From NCBI GenBank assembly GCA_948434005.1, contig CAOJEH010000003.1:72137-136136 (forward strand): a DNA stretch of 64,000 nt, in the 5' to 3' direction. Below, one piece after another: positions 63,288-64,000 of this stretch (position 1 is the stretch's first letter; every line of letters starts with the position of its first letter). Origin of the DNA: an uncultured Mycoplasmatota bacterium. Its GTDB lineage: Bacteria > Bacillota_I > Bacilli_A > RF39 > UBA660. The notes below the pieces were generated by a model that was given only the letters and a program-made list of their open reading frames with translations, was not told where the DNA came from and ran no database searches. Both the position numbers and the translations under genes were made by a program.

Positions 63288-64000
63288 TCATCTTCGGAAT
63301 AATCCAAAAATATTCTTACTTTCTGATTTTTTAGCAGCTGTGGCATCACCTATACCAATTCTTGATAAAAAGTCACTAAGTACAGCATTCTTTTTCCTCT
63401 CATCTAGAGGTGGTATATTATAAAATACTTTTGAATTAGACTCATATTCAAATTCAGTAACATCTTTATTAGTTAATAAGCTTTTATTTAAAACTAACTT
63501 TTTACCAAGTAGTTTTTCAAATACTCTTCTATCACTTTTAATTAATTTATTTAATTTAATAGAACTAGGTTCAATTAAGTATATAACTTCATCACATATG
63601 CTTTCATCTTTATAATCATTTAAATCTATTAATATCATTTTCGCAGTATATATGTCTCTTAATTTGGATTCTACATCCATTTCGCTTACAGAAACTAAAT
63701 TTTTATCGTTAAAAACAGGAAAATCTTTCTTTCCAATCTCTAATCCATAGATATTTGGACCAAACATATCTACTAATTCTCTTTTTAACATATATAGTAA
63801 TGACGTTGCCCCTGCATGTTCGGTTACGTTTCTAATTCCTAATATTTTTATACCACCTGTTGTATTATTGCCATCACCAAATGAACTACCATTTAGTTGT
63901 TGAATTTTTGCAACATCTTTATACTCATTTGGTTTTGAAATTAGTCCTTTAATTGCATTTATATTATTAGTGAAGTTATATACACCAATTGAAACTAAAT
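63288..64000 (-). CDS. Partial MinD/ParA/TadZ(CpaE)-like protein with degenerate P-loop (5' end outside the window)
   Basis: Frame stays open to the window edge: ...IKILGIRNVTEHAGATSLLYMLKREL...; ILIDLN; C-terminal amphipathic IFGLFRR. Confidence 0.6.
   Translation of the reverse strand, partial: LVSIGVYNFTNNINAIKGLISKPNEYKDVAKIQQLNGSSFGDGNNTTGGIKILGIRNVTEHAGATSLLYMLKRELVDMFGPNIYGLEIGKKDFPVFNDKNLVSVSEMDVESKLRDIYTAKMILIDLNDYKDESICDEVIYLIEPSSIKLNKLIKSDRRVFEKLLGKKLVLNKSLLTNKDVTEFEYESNSKVFYNIPPLDERKKNAVLSDFLSRIGIGDATAAKKSESKNIFGLFRR

Noticed and set aside
40677..64000. ICE integrated at tRNA-His carrying the T4SS
   Set aside because: No integrase or duplicated tRNA 3' end; essential genes (asnS, trpS) lie between the tRNA and the cluster.
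1..64000. CRISPR array, rRNA, IS or prophage
   Set aside because: No regularly spaced repeats, rRNA-like sequence, transposase or phage structural genes seen.

Overview
Very AT-rich chromosomal segment of a low-GC, reduced-genome Bacilli-type bacterium. Gene content, the short Smc and the pilin/VirB4 cluster resemble uncultured RF39-like gut Bacilli; this taxon assignment is inference. Most genes are on the minus strand. Housekeeping genes: ftsW-like, def, smc, pnp, rpsO with leader, truB, polC, ferredoxin, rluB, rodA, tRNA-His, asnS, T-box-controlled asnB, trpS and rmuC. There is a dispersed sporulation set: YjcZ-like, YlxY-like, two CotY/CotZ-like, CotJ(A)B, CotJC, YjbA-like, and an orphan kinase with tandem Spo0A boxes; several carry sigK/sigE-like promoters. 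The last ~12 kb hold a type IV secretion-like cluster: TadZ/MinD-like ATPase, two VirB2-like pilins, VirB6-like, PrgI, small TraC-like, VirB4, CHAP hydrolase, and VirD4 with an acidic tail. No relaxase or integrase is visible and the cluster runs straight into housekeeping genes. About eight orphan genes with Lys-rich C-terminal tails sit between core genes, several disrupted by stops or frameshifts. Leading hypothesis: a domesticated, host-encoded T4SS with a scattered, fast-turnover effector repertoire. All family calls come from motif recognition by eye; no searches were run.
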